Shown here: one piece after another, positions 56,341 through 64,000 of the stretch | How positions within the stretch are numbered: position 1 is the stretch's first letter | Layout: each line of letters opens with the position of its first letter | DNA from: an uncultured Oscillospiraceae bacterium | GTDB taxonomy: Bacteria > Bacillota > Clostridia > Christensenellales > CAG-138 | Assembly: GCA_964636405.1 (NCBI GenBank) | Contig: CAZWSI010000007.1 | Location: 1,697 to 65,696, forward strand | DNA length: 64,000 nt | Direction: 5' to 3' | The notes under the pieces: generated by a model | Database searches by the model: none | What the model saw: the letters and a program-made list of their open reading frames with translations, nothing else | What the model was told of the DNA's origin: nothing | Program-made: the position numbers and the translations under genes

Positions 56341-56682
56341 ATGGTATACGACAGCGCGCGCGCGCTTGCAAAGGAAATACAGGAAAGCGACGAATACCGC
56401 GCCTATGAAGCCGTGCGGGAGAAAACCATGGAATCGGAGACGACGCGCGGCTTAATCAAGGAGTATCACCGCTTGCAGCTCCGCGCGCAGGCCAAGGTGG
56501 TTTCGGGCGAAAAGGACGAGGCGCTCATGCAAAAGCTGCAAAAGCTGGGTGAGCTGCTTCAGCTCGACGCGGACGCGTCCGCGTTTTTGATCGCCGAATA
56601 CCGCATCAACAAGATGCTTTCCGACGTGTACAAAATCCTTGCGGACGTCGTCGGCGTGGACCTAACCGCGCTGGGCGATTAA
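56341..56682 (+). CDS. YlbF/YmcA-family regulatory protein
   Basis: 113-aa helical protein with the typical N-terminal ...LAKEIQESDEYRAY... pattern. Confidence 0.65.
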   Translation: MVYDSARALAKEIQESDEYRAYEAVREKTMESETTRGLIKEYHRLQLRAQAKVVSGEKDEALMQKLQKLGELLQLDADASAFLIAEYRINKMLSDVYKILADVVGVDLTALGD

Positions 56683-56710
56683 GCGCGTTTTTCAGGGAGG
56701 ACAGGGACCC

Positions 56711-57877
56711 ATGGCGGAACTGCTGGAACAGCGGCCAAAGAAAAAACGCGCCTCCGCGCGCAAAAAGCTGCGCCGCGCGTGGCGGATTGTGCGCCCGCTT
56801 GCGGTGCTGCTTGTCAGCGCCCTGATTGTATACGGCTTGGCGCGTTACACGGTCAATTTTGTGCTTTCACGCTTTATCAACCCCGTCGACGTGCACGACG
56901 CGACCCCCATTGAGGTGGTCATTCCGTCGTCGGCCTCCGCAAGCAGCATCGCGCGCATCCTGTACACCGCCTGCGGGCAGGACGAGCCCGGGCTGATTAC
57001 GAGCACGGCGGTATTTAAGGTATACGTCGATTTTGTCGGCAAGGCCAACACCATGAAGGCGGGAACCTATGTGCTTGCGCGCAATATGTCGGTCAAGCAG
57101 ATTGTCGATATCATTTGCACGGGCAACGCGCCCAAGTCAACGGTCAAGTTTACCATTCCCGAGGGTTATACGGTCACCGATATGACCGAAACGCTGCTTC
57201 AAAAATCGCTCATCGACGACGCGCCCTCGTTTTTGCAGGAATGCGCGGACGCCGCATCCTATTCCAACTTCGCCTTTATCGCGGACGCGGCGGCTGCGGC
57301 GGGCGCGGAGCGCGACTATATCCTCGAGGGCTATCTTTTCCCGGATACCTACGAGGTGTACGCGGACGCGGCGACCGACACGATCCTCATCAAGATGCTC
57401 AATCGCTTTAACGAAATTTTCGACGAAGCGCACAAGGCGCGCGCGGCGGAGCTGGGAATGAGCATCGATCAGGTCGTGACGCTCGCGTCGCTCATCGAGC
57501 GCGAGGCGCAGGTGGACGCGGACTTTGCAAAGGTATCCGCTGTGTTCCACAACAGGCTCAAGTCGGATATGGCGCTTCAATCCTGCGCAAGCCTCTCCTA
57601 CGTGCTGCATGTGAGCAAGTTTACCTTTACGGAATCGGAGCTTGCCACACCCTCGCCCTACAACACCTATCTGTACAAGGGGCTTCCGACCGGGCCAATT
57701 TGCAATCCGGGCAAAACGGCCATCGACGCGGCGCTGAATCCCAACGAGGAATACCTCTCCGAAGGGTATCTCTATTTCTGCAACGGCAATCCCGAGGTCA
57801 GCCGCGAGCTGGTGTTTGCCAAAACCTACGAGGAGCACCAGTCGAACGTCAAGACTTATCAGCAATACTGGAAATAG
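56711..57877 (+). CDS. mltG: endolytic murein transglycosylase MltG (YceG-like)
   Basis: N-terminal TM anchor, EGYLFPDTYEV and ASLIEREA motifs. Confidence 0.9.
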   Translation: MAELLEQRPKKKRASARKKLRRAWRIVRPLAVLLVSALIVYGLARYTVNFVLSRFINPVDVHDATPIEVVIPSSASASSIARILYTACGQDEPGLITSTAVFKVYVDFVGKANTMKAGTYVLARNMSVKQIVDIICTGNAPKSTVKFTIPEGYTVTDMTETLLQKSLIDDAPSFLQECADAASYSNFAFIADAAAAAGAERDYILEGYLFPDTYEVYADAATDTILIKMLNRFNEIFDEAHKARAAELGMSIDQVVTLASLIEREAQVDADFAKVSAVFHNRLKSDMALQSCASLSYVLHVSKFTFTESELATPSPYNTYLYKGLPTGPICNPGKTAIDAALNPNEEYLSEGYLYFCNGNPEVSRELVFAKTYEEHQSNVKTYQQYWK

Positions 57878-57895
57878 CAAGCGCTTTCCAAGCGC

Positions 57896-57926
57896 GCGGG
57901 ACGGCACAGGCGGCCGTCCCGCTTTT
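57896..57926 (+). terminator. rho-independent terminator after mltG
   Basis: GCGGGACGGC (57896-57905) / GCCGTCCCGC (57913-57922) followed by TTTT. Confidence 0.7.
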
Positions 57927-57984
57927 GCGTTTATTTCCCCGCATAGGACAAATCCTGTCGAAATAGGTTGAAAGGGAAGGGACG

Positions 57985-58680
57985 GTGCGTGCAGGGATGG
58001 AATGGCTTTCTCTTTTGCGGGAACTGATCTTCGTATTCGCCTATGTGGGCAGCACAGGCTCCTTCCCAGAGCCGCTATCGAGCGCGGAGGAGCGCGAAAC
58101 CGTTTTGCGCATGGGGGAGGGGGACGAGACGGCGCGCGAAAAGCTCATTTTGCACAATCTGCGGCTTGTCGCGCACATTGCCAAGAAATACGCGCGCGCG
58201 GGCCGCGAGCTGGACGATCTTATTTCCACCGGCACCATCGGGCTGATCAAGGCCGTATCCACTTATAATCTGGAGAAGGGCGTGCCGCTTTCCTCCTATG
58301 CCAGCCGCTGCGTGGAAAACGAAATGCTCATGCGCATCCGCGCGGAGCGCAAGCAGGTTTTTGAGGTTTCCCTTTCAGAATCCATCGGCGTGGATTCGGA
58401 CGGCAACGACATCTCGTTTTGCGATATTCTGGGCACGGAGCCGGGCGCGCTGCAAAGCGAGGTGGAAGCGCGCATGGACGCGGAGGCCGTAAGAACGCTG
58501 CTTGCCCGCGCGCTTACGTCCCGGGAGCAAACCGTCGTGAGGCTGCGCTTCGGCATCCTGTGCGGCTATCGCATGCCGCAAAGGGAGATTGCGGAGCTGC
58601 TCGGCATTTCGCGCTCATACGTATCCCGCATTGAAAAAAAGGCTTTGCGCAAGTTGCGGGATATGCTTTCCACGCAATAA
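57985..58680 (+). CDS. sigK: sporulation sigma factor, SigK-like (pro-sigma with short leader)
   Basis: GSFPEPLS pro-sequence junction, HNLRLVAHIAKKY, ISTGTIGLIKA, GISRSYVSRIEKKAL resemble SigK more than SigE; start GTG 57985 or ATG 57997. Confidence 0.75.
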   Translation: MRAGMEWLSLLRELIFVFAYVGSTGSFPEPLSSAEERETVLRMGEGDETAREKLILHNLRLVAHIAKKYARAGRELDDLISTGTIGLIKAVSTYNLEKGVPLSSYASRCVENEMLMRIRAERKQVFEVSLSESIGVDSDGNDISFCDILGTEPGALQSEVEARMDAEAVRTLLARALTSREQTVVRLRFGILCGYRMPQREIAELLGISRSYVSRIEKKALRKLRDMLSTQ

Positions 58681-58769
58681 AGAAGAAGGATGCGGGCCGC
58701 CCGTTTCGCGCGCGGCCGCAATCCTTGTTTATTTCTATATTTGCAGCTCCTCCGTTGGTTCAAATCCGC

Positions 58770-58799
58770 TTTACAAACCAATCGCATTTTTGTTATAAT
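58770..58799 (+). promoter_or_regulatory. promoter of the riboswitch-ATPase transcript
   Basis: TTTACA (58770-58775), 18-bp spacer, TGt-TATAAT (58791-58799); the predicted start lies just before the riboswitch P1 helix. Confidence 0.5.
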
Positions 58800-58808
58800 T
58801 TAAGTATT

Positions 58809-58927
58809 CATGGGGGAGTAGTTGGCGCGCTTGCCGCGTTCCAAGTCAACATGCATGGCGGCGTTCCGCCTGGCTTGGATGAAATAACCAGACTCATGTA
58901 CGCCAAAGAGGCGTGCATGGGTTTTTC
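58809..58927 (+). ncRNA. yybP-ykoY-type (Mn2+) riboswitch with terminator expression platform
   Basis: P1 CAUGGG/CUCAUG enclosing conserved GGAGUAG, GUCAACAU and CCAGAC elements. Terminator CATGTACGCC...GGCGTGCATG + GGTTTTT (58895-58927) shares its 5' arm with the 3' strand of P1. Confidence 0.6.
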
Positions 58928-58971
58928 ATTATTGTGCGATCTTCGGAAATACTGATATGGGGTGAAAAGCT

Positions 58972-61614
58972 TTGAAGTACTATCTAACCGACAAGGAAGC
59001 CGTGCTGGGCGAGCTCAAAAGCGCGGCGGAGGGCCTCAGCGCGCAGGAAGCCGCGTCGCGCCTTGCACACGATGGCCGAAACAAGCTGGACGAGGGTAAA
59101 AAGACGCCGCTTATCGTGCGCTTTCTGGCGCAGATGAAGGACCCGATGATTCTTATCCTCCTCGCGGCGGCGCTCATTTCCGGCATTACGTCGGTCTATG
59201 CGGGCGAGAGCTTCGCGGATGTGATCATTATTCTCGCGGTGGTCGTCATCAACGCCGTGCTGGGCGTGTATCAGGAGAGCAAGGCCGAAAAGGCCATTGA
59301 GGCGTTGCAGCAGATGGCGGCCGCGACCTGCCGCGTGCTGCGCGACGGCAAGGCAGTGCGCGTGAAAAGCGAGGAGCTGGTCGCGGGCGATATCGTGCTG
59401 CTCGAGGCGGGCGACGCTGTGCCCGCCGACGGCCGCGTGCTTGAATGCGCCAGCCTGCAAATCGAGGAGGCCGCGCTCACGGGCGAGAGCGTCCCGGTCA
59501 ACAAGCTTGTCGACACGCTCAATCTCGAGGGCGCAAAGGACGTGCCGCTCGGCGACCGTAAAAACATGGTCTACATGGGCAGCACCGTCGTATACGGCCG
59601 CGGCAAGGTGATCGTAACCGGCACGGGCATGCGCACTGAGATGGGCAAAATTGCCGACGCGCTCGCCAATACGCAGGAGGGACAGACCCCCCTGCAGATC
59701 AAGCTCGGCCAGCTTTCGCGGGTGCTTACGTACGTCGTTGTCGGTATCTGCGTGTTTATCTTTGGCCTCAACCTTGTGCGCTCCGGCGATTTTTCCGGCC
59801 AGTTCATGCTGGATACCTTCATGGTGGCGGTGAGCCTCGCCGTGGCGGCCATCCCCGAGGGACTCGCGGCGGTGGTGACCATCGTGCTCTCCATCGGCGT
59901 AACGAATATGTCCAAGCGTAGCGCCATCATAAGGCGCTTGACCGCCGTGGAGACGCTCGGCTGCGCGCAGATTATCTGCTCAGATAAAACGGGCACCCTT
60001 ACGCAAAACAAAATGACCGTCGTGGATTCATTTGGCGACGACAAAGCCCTGCTCGCGGCGGCCATGGCGCTCTGCTCCGACGCGGAGGAGGGCGAAAACG
60101 GTACGATTATCGGTGAGCCGACGGAATGCGCGCTCGTGGCCTTCGCCGTGGCGGAGGGGCTCCGCAAGGACGCGCTGGAGAAGCTTCAGCCGCGCGCAGG
60201 CGAGGCGCCCTTCGACAGCATGCGCAAGATGATGAGCACCGTCCATCGGCTGGACAAGGGATATGTGCAGTATACCAAGGGCGCGCCCGACATGCTGCTT
60301 GCCCGCTGCACGAGCTATCTAGCCGGCGGCAAGACGCTGCCCATGACGCAGGAGATGCGCACCGAGATTCTGGCGGCCAATCACGATATGGCCCGCCGGG
60401 CTCTGCGCGTGCTCTGCGCGGCTACCCGCAGCTACGACGTTCTTCCGGCCGACATGAGCCCTAGGGCGCTGGAGAACGAGCTTACCTTTGTGGGCCTGAC
60501 AGGCATGATCGACCCCGTTCGCCCAGAGGTGACGGCGGCCATTAAGGAGTGCCGGAGCGCGGGCATACGGCCCATCATGATCACGGGCGACCACCGGGAT
60601 ACCGCAGTGGCCATCGCCAAACAGCTCGGCATAATCGAAGATGAAAAGGAGGCCATCACCGGCGCGCAGCTCGACGAAATTCCCGTGGAGGAATTTTTTG
60701 AGCGCGTGGGCGATTACTCTGTTTACGCGCGCGTGCAGCCCGAGCACAAGGTGCGCATTGTGGAAGCCTGGCAGCGCCGGGGCGATGTAACGGCCATGAC
60801 GGGCGACGGCGTAAACGATGCGCCCAGCATCAAAACGGCGGATATCGGCGTGGGCATGGGCATTACGGGCACGGACGTGACAAAGAACGTGGCTGACATG
60901 GTGCTTGCGGACGATAACTTTGCCACCATCGTGGGCGCGGTCGAGGAGGGCCGCCGCATCTACGACAACATCCGCAAGGCCATCCAGTTTTTGCTCAGCT
61001 CCAACATGAGCGAGGTGCTGTCCATCTTCATTGCGACGCTGCTGGGCTTTACCATCCTCAAGCCCGTGCACCTTTTATGGATCAATCTGATTACGGATTG
61101 CTTCCCGGCGCTCGCGCTGGGCACGGAGGCTGCCGAGGCCAATTTAATGAACCGCAAGCCACGCAGCACGCGCGACGGCATATTCTCGGGCGGCCTGGGC
61201 TTCGACGTGGCGTATCAGGGCGTGCTGGTTTCCGTCCTTACGCTGGCGGCCTATTTCATCGGCCACTATATGGAAGCGGGCGTGTGGGAAATTGCAAACA
61301 GCCCGGACGGCATGACCATGGCCTTTTTAACCATGAGCATGGCGGAGATCTTCCATAGCTTCAATATGCGCTCGCAGCGGGGCAGCATCTTCTCCATGCG
61401 TACGCAAAACAAGCTTCTTTGGGGCGCGGGCGCGCTTTCATTGCTGCTTTCCACGGTCGTTTTGTATGTGCCGTTCCTCGCGGAGGCGTTCTCCTTTGAG
61501 CACATCAGCCTCGCGGAATACGCGGTCGCCATGGGGCTTGCGGCGAGCACGATTCCCATTGTGGAGATGGTCAAGTGCATCCAGCGCGCCGTGGCGCGCA
61601 GAAAGCGCGCGTAA
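58972..61614 (+). CDS. P-type (P2-like) cation-transporting ATPase
   Basis: TGES, phosphorylation site DKTGTLT, TGDHRDTA, GDGVNDAPS motifs; TTG start after GGGGTGA. Confidence 0.9.
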   Translation: MKYYLTDKEAVLGELKSAAEGLSAQEAASRLAHDGRNKLDEGKKTPLIVRFLAQMKDPMILILLAAALISGITSVYAGESFADVIIILAVVVINAVLGVYQESKAEKAIEALQQMAAATCRVLRDGKAVRVKSEELVAGDIVLLEAGDAVPADGRVLECASLQIEEAALTGESVPVNKLVDTLNLEGAKDVPLGDRKNMVYMGSTVVYGRGKVIVTGTGMRTEMGKIADALANTQEGQTPLQIKLGQLSRVLTYVVVGICVFIFGLNLVRSGDFSGQFMLDTFMVAVSLAVAAIPEGLAAVVTIVLSIGVTNMSKRSAIIRRLTAVETLGCAQIICSDKTGTLTQNKMTVVDSFGDDKALLAAAMALCSDAEEGENGTIIGEPTECALVAFAVAEGLRKDALEKLQPRAGEAPFDSMRKMMSTVHRLDKGYVQYTKGAPDMLLARCTSYLAGGKTLPMTQEMRTEILAANHDMARRALRVLCAATRSYDVLPADMSPRALENELTFVGLTGMIDPVRPEVTAAIKECRSAGIRPIMITGDHRDTAVAIAKQLGIIEDEKEAITGAQLDEIPVEEFFERVGDYSVYARVQPEHKVRIVEAWQRRGDVTAMTGDGVNDAPSIKTADIGVGMGITGTDVTKNVADMVLADDNFATIVGAVEEGRRIYDNIRKAIQFLLSSNMSEVLSIFIATLLGFTILKPVHLLWINLITDCFPALALGTEAAEANLMNRKPRSTRDGIFSGGLGFDVAYQGVLVSVLTLAAYFIGHYMEAGVWEIANSPDGMTMAFLTMSMAEIFHSFNMRSQRGSIFSMRTQNKLLWGAGALSLLLSTVVLYVPFLAEAFSFEHISLAEYAVAMGLAASTIPIVEMVKCIQRAVARRKRA

Positions 61615-61656
61615 ACGGCGGGCCTGCCAAGCCTCATACGTGCCAGGGGGGGTAGC

Positions 61657-62850
61657 ATGAAGCTGTCCAAAGAGGAAGCGCGGCGCTTTCTGATCCATTA
61701 TCAGGGTCTGACGGATTCCGACGCGCTTTCGGGCGCGGAAGGCGTTCTTGCGTTCATAAAACGGGTCGGCTGCATTCAATACGATCCGCTCAATATTGTC
61801 GGGCGGAACGCCGATCTGGTTTTGCAGGCGCGGATTAAGGATTACCGGCCGGAGCTGCTGGAGCGGCTGCTCTACAAGGATCGTCTGCTGCTCGACGGCT
61901 GGGACAAGATGATGTCGATCTATTTGCGGGAGGATTGGCCCTGCTTTCGCTATGTTCGCGAAAGGAGGGGCGCGGAAACTACCGTAATCCTTCGCAACCG
62001 CAATTCGCAAGACGCGCTGCTCTATACGGACGTGATTCTGCGCGAGCTAGCCCAAAACGGACCGATGCAGCCCAAGCAGCTCAAGCTCGGCTCCGCGCCC
62101 GCCGGGCGTTGGGGGCATAAGAATCTCTCGAGCGCCGCGATGGACTATCTCTTTCAAACGGGAAGGCTCGGCGTTTATGAGAAAGTGAAAGTAAACAAGG
62201 TATACGCGCCGGTGGAGCAGCTTCTCCCCGAATCCCTTTTAAGCGCCGCGCCCTTTGCGTCGGAACAGGCGTTTTGCAGATGGTATGTGCGCAGGCGGCT
62301 CGGGAGCGTCGGCATGCTTTGGAACCGGGACGGGGGCGGCTGGCTCGGGCAGTATCTTCAGGATCGATCCCTTCGAACCCGTATTCTGGACGAATGCGTG
62401 GAAAGCGGACTCGTGCTCCGCGTTGATGTGGAGGGGATTTCCGAACCGTTCTATATGCAAAGCGAGGCGCTGCCCCTGCTTGAGAGAAGCCGCGCGACAG
62501 AGCCGGACGCGGTTTGTTTGCTGGCTCCGCTTGACAATCTTCTTTGGGATCGCGGTATGCTGTCCGCGCTGTTTGGCTTCGACTATTCGTGGGAGGTTTA
62601 TGTGCCCGCCACAAAACGGAAATACGGTTATTATGTGCTTCCCCTGTTGTACGGGAACCGTTTCATCGGCAGAGTGGAGCCGCAAAAGTCCGACACTCAT
62701 TTTGCGCTCAAAAACCTCTGGTGGGAAAAGGACGCGTCCGTTTCGGGCCGCATGATCGAGCGCATTTCGTTGGAAATGGAGCGATTTGCCGGTTGCTTTG
62801 GCAAGAAGGAGGGCGTTGGAAAGAGCGTCTACGAGCTGCTGCGCGCGTAA
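61657..62850 (+). CDS. winged-helix DNA glycosylase-like protein (YcaQ/AlkZ, DUF1006 family)
   Basis: MKLSKEEARRFLIHYQGL, IQYDPLN, YVPxxKRKYGYYVLP patterns typical of the family. Confidence 0.7.
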   Translation: MKLSKEEARRFLIHYQGLTDSDALSGAEGVLAFIKRVGCIQYDPLNIVGRNADLVLQARIKDYRPELLERLLYKDRLLLDGWDKMMSIYLREDWPCFRYVRERRGAETTVILRNRNSQDALLYTDVILRELAQNGPMQPKQLKLGSAPAGRWGHKNLSSAAMDYLFQTGRLGVYEKVKVNKVYAPVEQLLPESLLSAAPFASEQAFCRWYVRRRLGSVGMLWNRDGGGWLGQYLQDRSLRTRILDECVESGLVLRVDVEGISEPFYMQSEALPLLERSRATEPDAVCLLAPLDNLLWDRGMLSALFGFDYSWEVYVPATKRKYGYYVLPLLYGNRFIGRVEPQKSDTHFALKNLWWEKDASVSGRMIERISLEMERFAGCFGKKEGVGKSVYELLRA

Positions 62851-62963
62851 GCGTGCCCGCGGCCGTCGGATGCGTCGCGCGCTTTCGCGGCGGCAATTGA
62901 TAAGTATGGCCGCATGTCGGCATCAAGCAACCGAGTCTCCCGCCTGCGTGGGACGCGATTGCA

Positions 62964-62994
62964 AAAGGAACGCCCGAAAGCCGGGCGTTCCTTT
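62964..62994. terminator. bidirectional terminator between convergent ycaQ-like and gdhA genes
   Basis: AAAGGAACGCCCG (62964-62976) / CGGGCGTTCCTTT (62982-62994), a perfect 13-bp stem. Confidence 0.75.
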
Positions 62995-63012
62995 GCGTGC
63001 TGCGTATAGTCC

Positions 63013-64000
63013 TTAGATAATGCCCTGCGCCAGCATGGCGTCGGCAACCTTGATAAAGCCCGCGATATTCGCGCCTGCGACCAGATTGTAGCCCAAGCCG
63101 CTCTCCTCGGCCGCCTTGGCCGAATTGTCGTGGATGTTCTTCATGATCTGGTGGAGCTTGGCGTCGACCTCCTCGGCCGTCCAGTTGTAGCGCATGGAGT
63201 TCTGGCTCATTTCGAGCGCGGAGGTAGCCACGCCGCCGGCGTTGACAGCCTTGGAGGGCGCAACGACCATGCCCTTCTGCTCCATGAGGAAGCGAAGCGC
63301 GTCGTTGGTGGTGGGCATATTTGCCACCTCGATGTAGTACTTGATGGAGTTGGCGGCAATGCGCTTGGCCTGCTCCATGTTCACGTCGTTTTGCATGGCG
63401 GCGGGCATGACCACGTCGACCTTCACGCCCCAGGGCTTTTCGCCCGCGTGGAACTCGCAGCCAAACTTATCGGCATAGTCCTTCACGAGGTTGCGGCCGG
63501 AGGCGCGCATGGTCAGCATGTAGTTGATCTTTTCTTCGGTTACGATACCCTCGGGATCGTAGATATAGCCGTCCGGGCCGGAGAGGGTTACAACCTTGCC
63601 GCCCAGCTCGGCCGCCTTCTTGGTGATGCCCCAAGCCACGTTGCCAAAGCCGGAGACGGCGATGGTCTTGCCCTTGATGGAGTCGTTCTCGTGCTTGAAC
63701 ACCTCGTTGAGGTAATACACAGCGCCGTAGCCGGTGGCTTCGGGGCGGATAAGGCTGCCGCCGTAGCTCATGCCCTTGCCGGTGAGCACGCCGTTTTCAA
63801 ACACGGCCTTGATGCGGCGGTACTGGCCGTACAGGTAGCCGATCTCGCGGCCGCCCACGCCCATGTCGCCAGCGGGCACGTCCACGTCGGGCCCGATGTG
63901 CCGGTACAGCTCGGTCATGAAGGCCTGGCAGAAGCGCATGACCTCTGCGTCGGACTTGCCCTGCGGATCAAAATCGGAACCGCCCTTCGCGCCGCCGATG
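63013..64000 (-). CDS. gdhA: NADP-specific glutamate dehydrogenase (partial; N-terminus beyond the window)
   Basis: GGREIGYLYGQY, GFGNVAWG Rossmann motif and C-terminal domain; the frame stays open to the window edge. Confidence 0.9.
   Translation of the reverse strand, partial: IGGAKGGSDFDPQGKSDAEVMRFCQAFMTELYRHIGPDVDVPAGDMGVGGREIGYLYGQYRRIKAVFENGVLTGKGMSYGGSLIRPEATGYGAVYYLNEVFKHENDSIKGKTIAVSGFGNVAWGITKKAAELGGKVVTLSGPDGYIYDPEGIVTEEKINYMLTMRASGRNLVKDYADKFGCEFHAGEKPWGVKVDVVMPAAMQNDVNMEQAKRIAANSIKYYIEVANMPTTNDALRFLMEQKGMVVAPSKAVNAGGVATSALEMSQNSMRYNWTAEEVDAKLHQIMKNIHDNSAKAAEESGLGYNLVAGANIAGFIKVADAMLAQGII

Noticed and set aside
57985-58680. Possible skin-like interruption of sigK
   Set aside because: The SigK-like ORF is continuous from the pro-sequence to region 4.2, so no intervening element is present.

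Overview
GC-rich Firmicutes (Clostridia-like; a sporulation sigma-K gene is present) chromosomal segment. About 49 kb is conserved housekeeping synteny. It lies on the + strand except for a partial gdhA at the right edge. Gene order is nrnA-truB-ribF-rpsO-pnp; deacetylase-M16 peptidase-dUTPase; yggS-sepF-divIVA; ygiQ; yceD-rpmF; plsX-acpP-rnc-smc-ftsY; ylxM-ffh-rpsP-KH-rimM-trmD-rplS-rbgA-rnhB-yraN; a giant double GT-C glycosyltransferase plus gtrA. After the island come dprA-topA-trmFO-hslVU, a sleB-like hydrolase, rnj, ylbF, mltG, sigK, a yybP-ykoY-type (Mn2+) riboswitch with a P-type ATPase, and ycaQ. The competence gene comM/yifB is split at 31514/46550 by a ~15.0-kb, visibly AT-richer island flanked by a 6-bp direct repeat (CGGCGT). 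Joining the flanks restores one 507-aa reading frame. The island has no recognisable recombinase and is a mosaic of five modules. (i) A 3-gene operon with an EcoRI-like methyltransferase and a DUF262-HNH nuclease. (ii) A 6-gene minus-strand operon combining DUF3841, SRAP/YedK, a Cys-His-Asp (transglutaminase-like) protein, a 63-aa coiled-coil protein and a HEAT/HIRAN protein; this is my top candidate for an undescribed DNA-lesion / DNA-end sensing (possibly defence) system. (iii) A decayed siphovirus tail module with an intact -1 frameshift signal. (iv) An XRE switch with three GATATATC-core palindromes. (v) An SOS-like cassette with an XRE-S24 repressor, a stand-alone LexA DNA-binding domain and a truncated Y-family polymerase. 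No tRNA, rRNA or CRISPR array was seen. All family assignments come from motif recognition by eye, not database searches.
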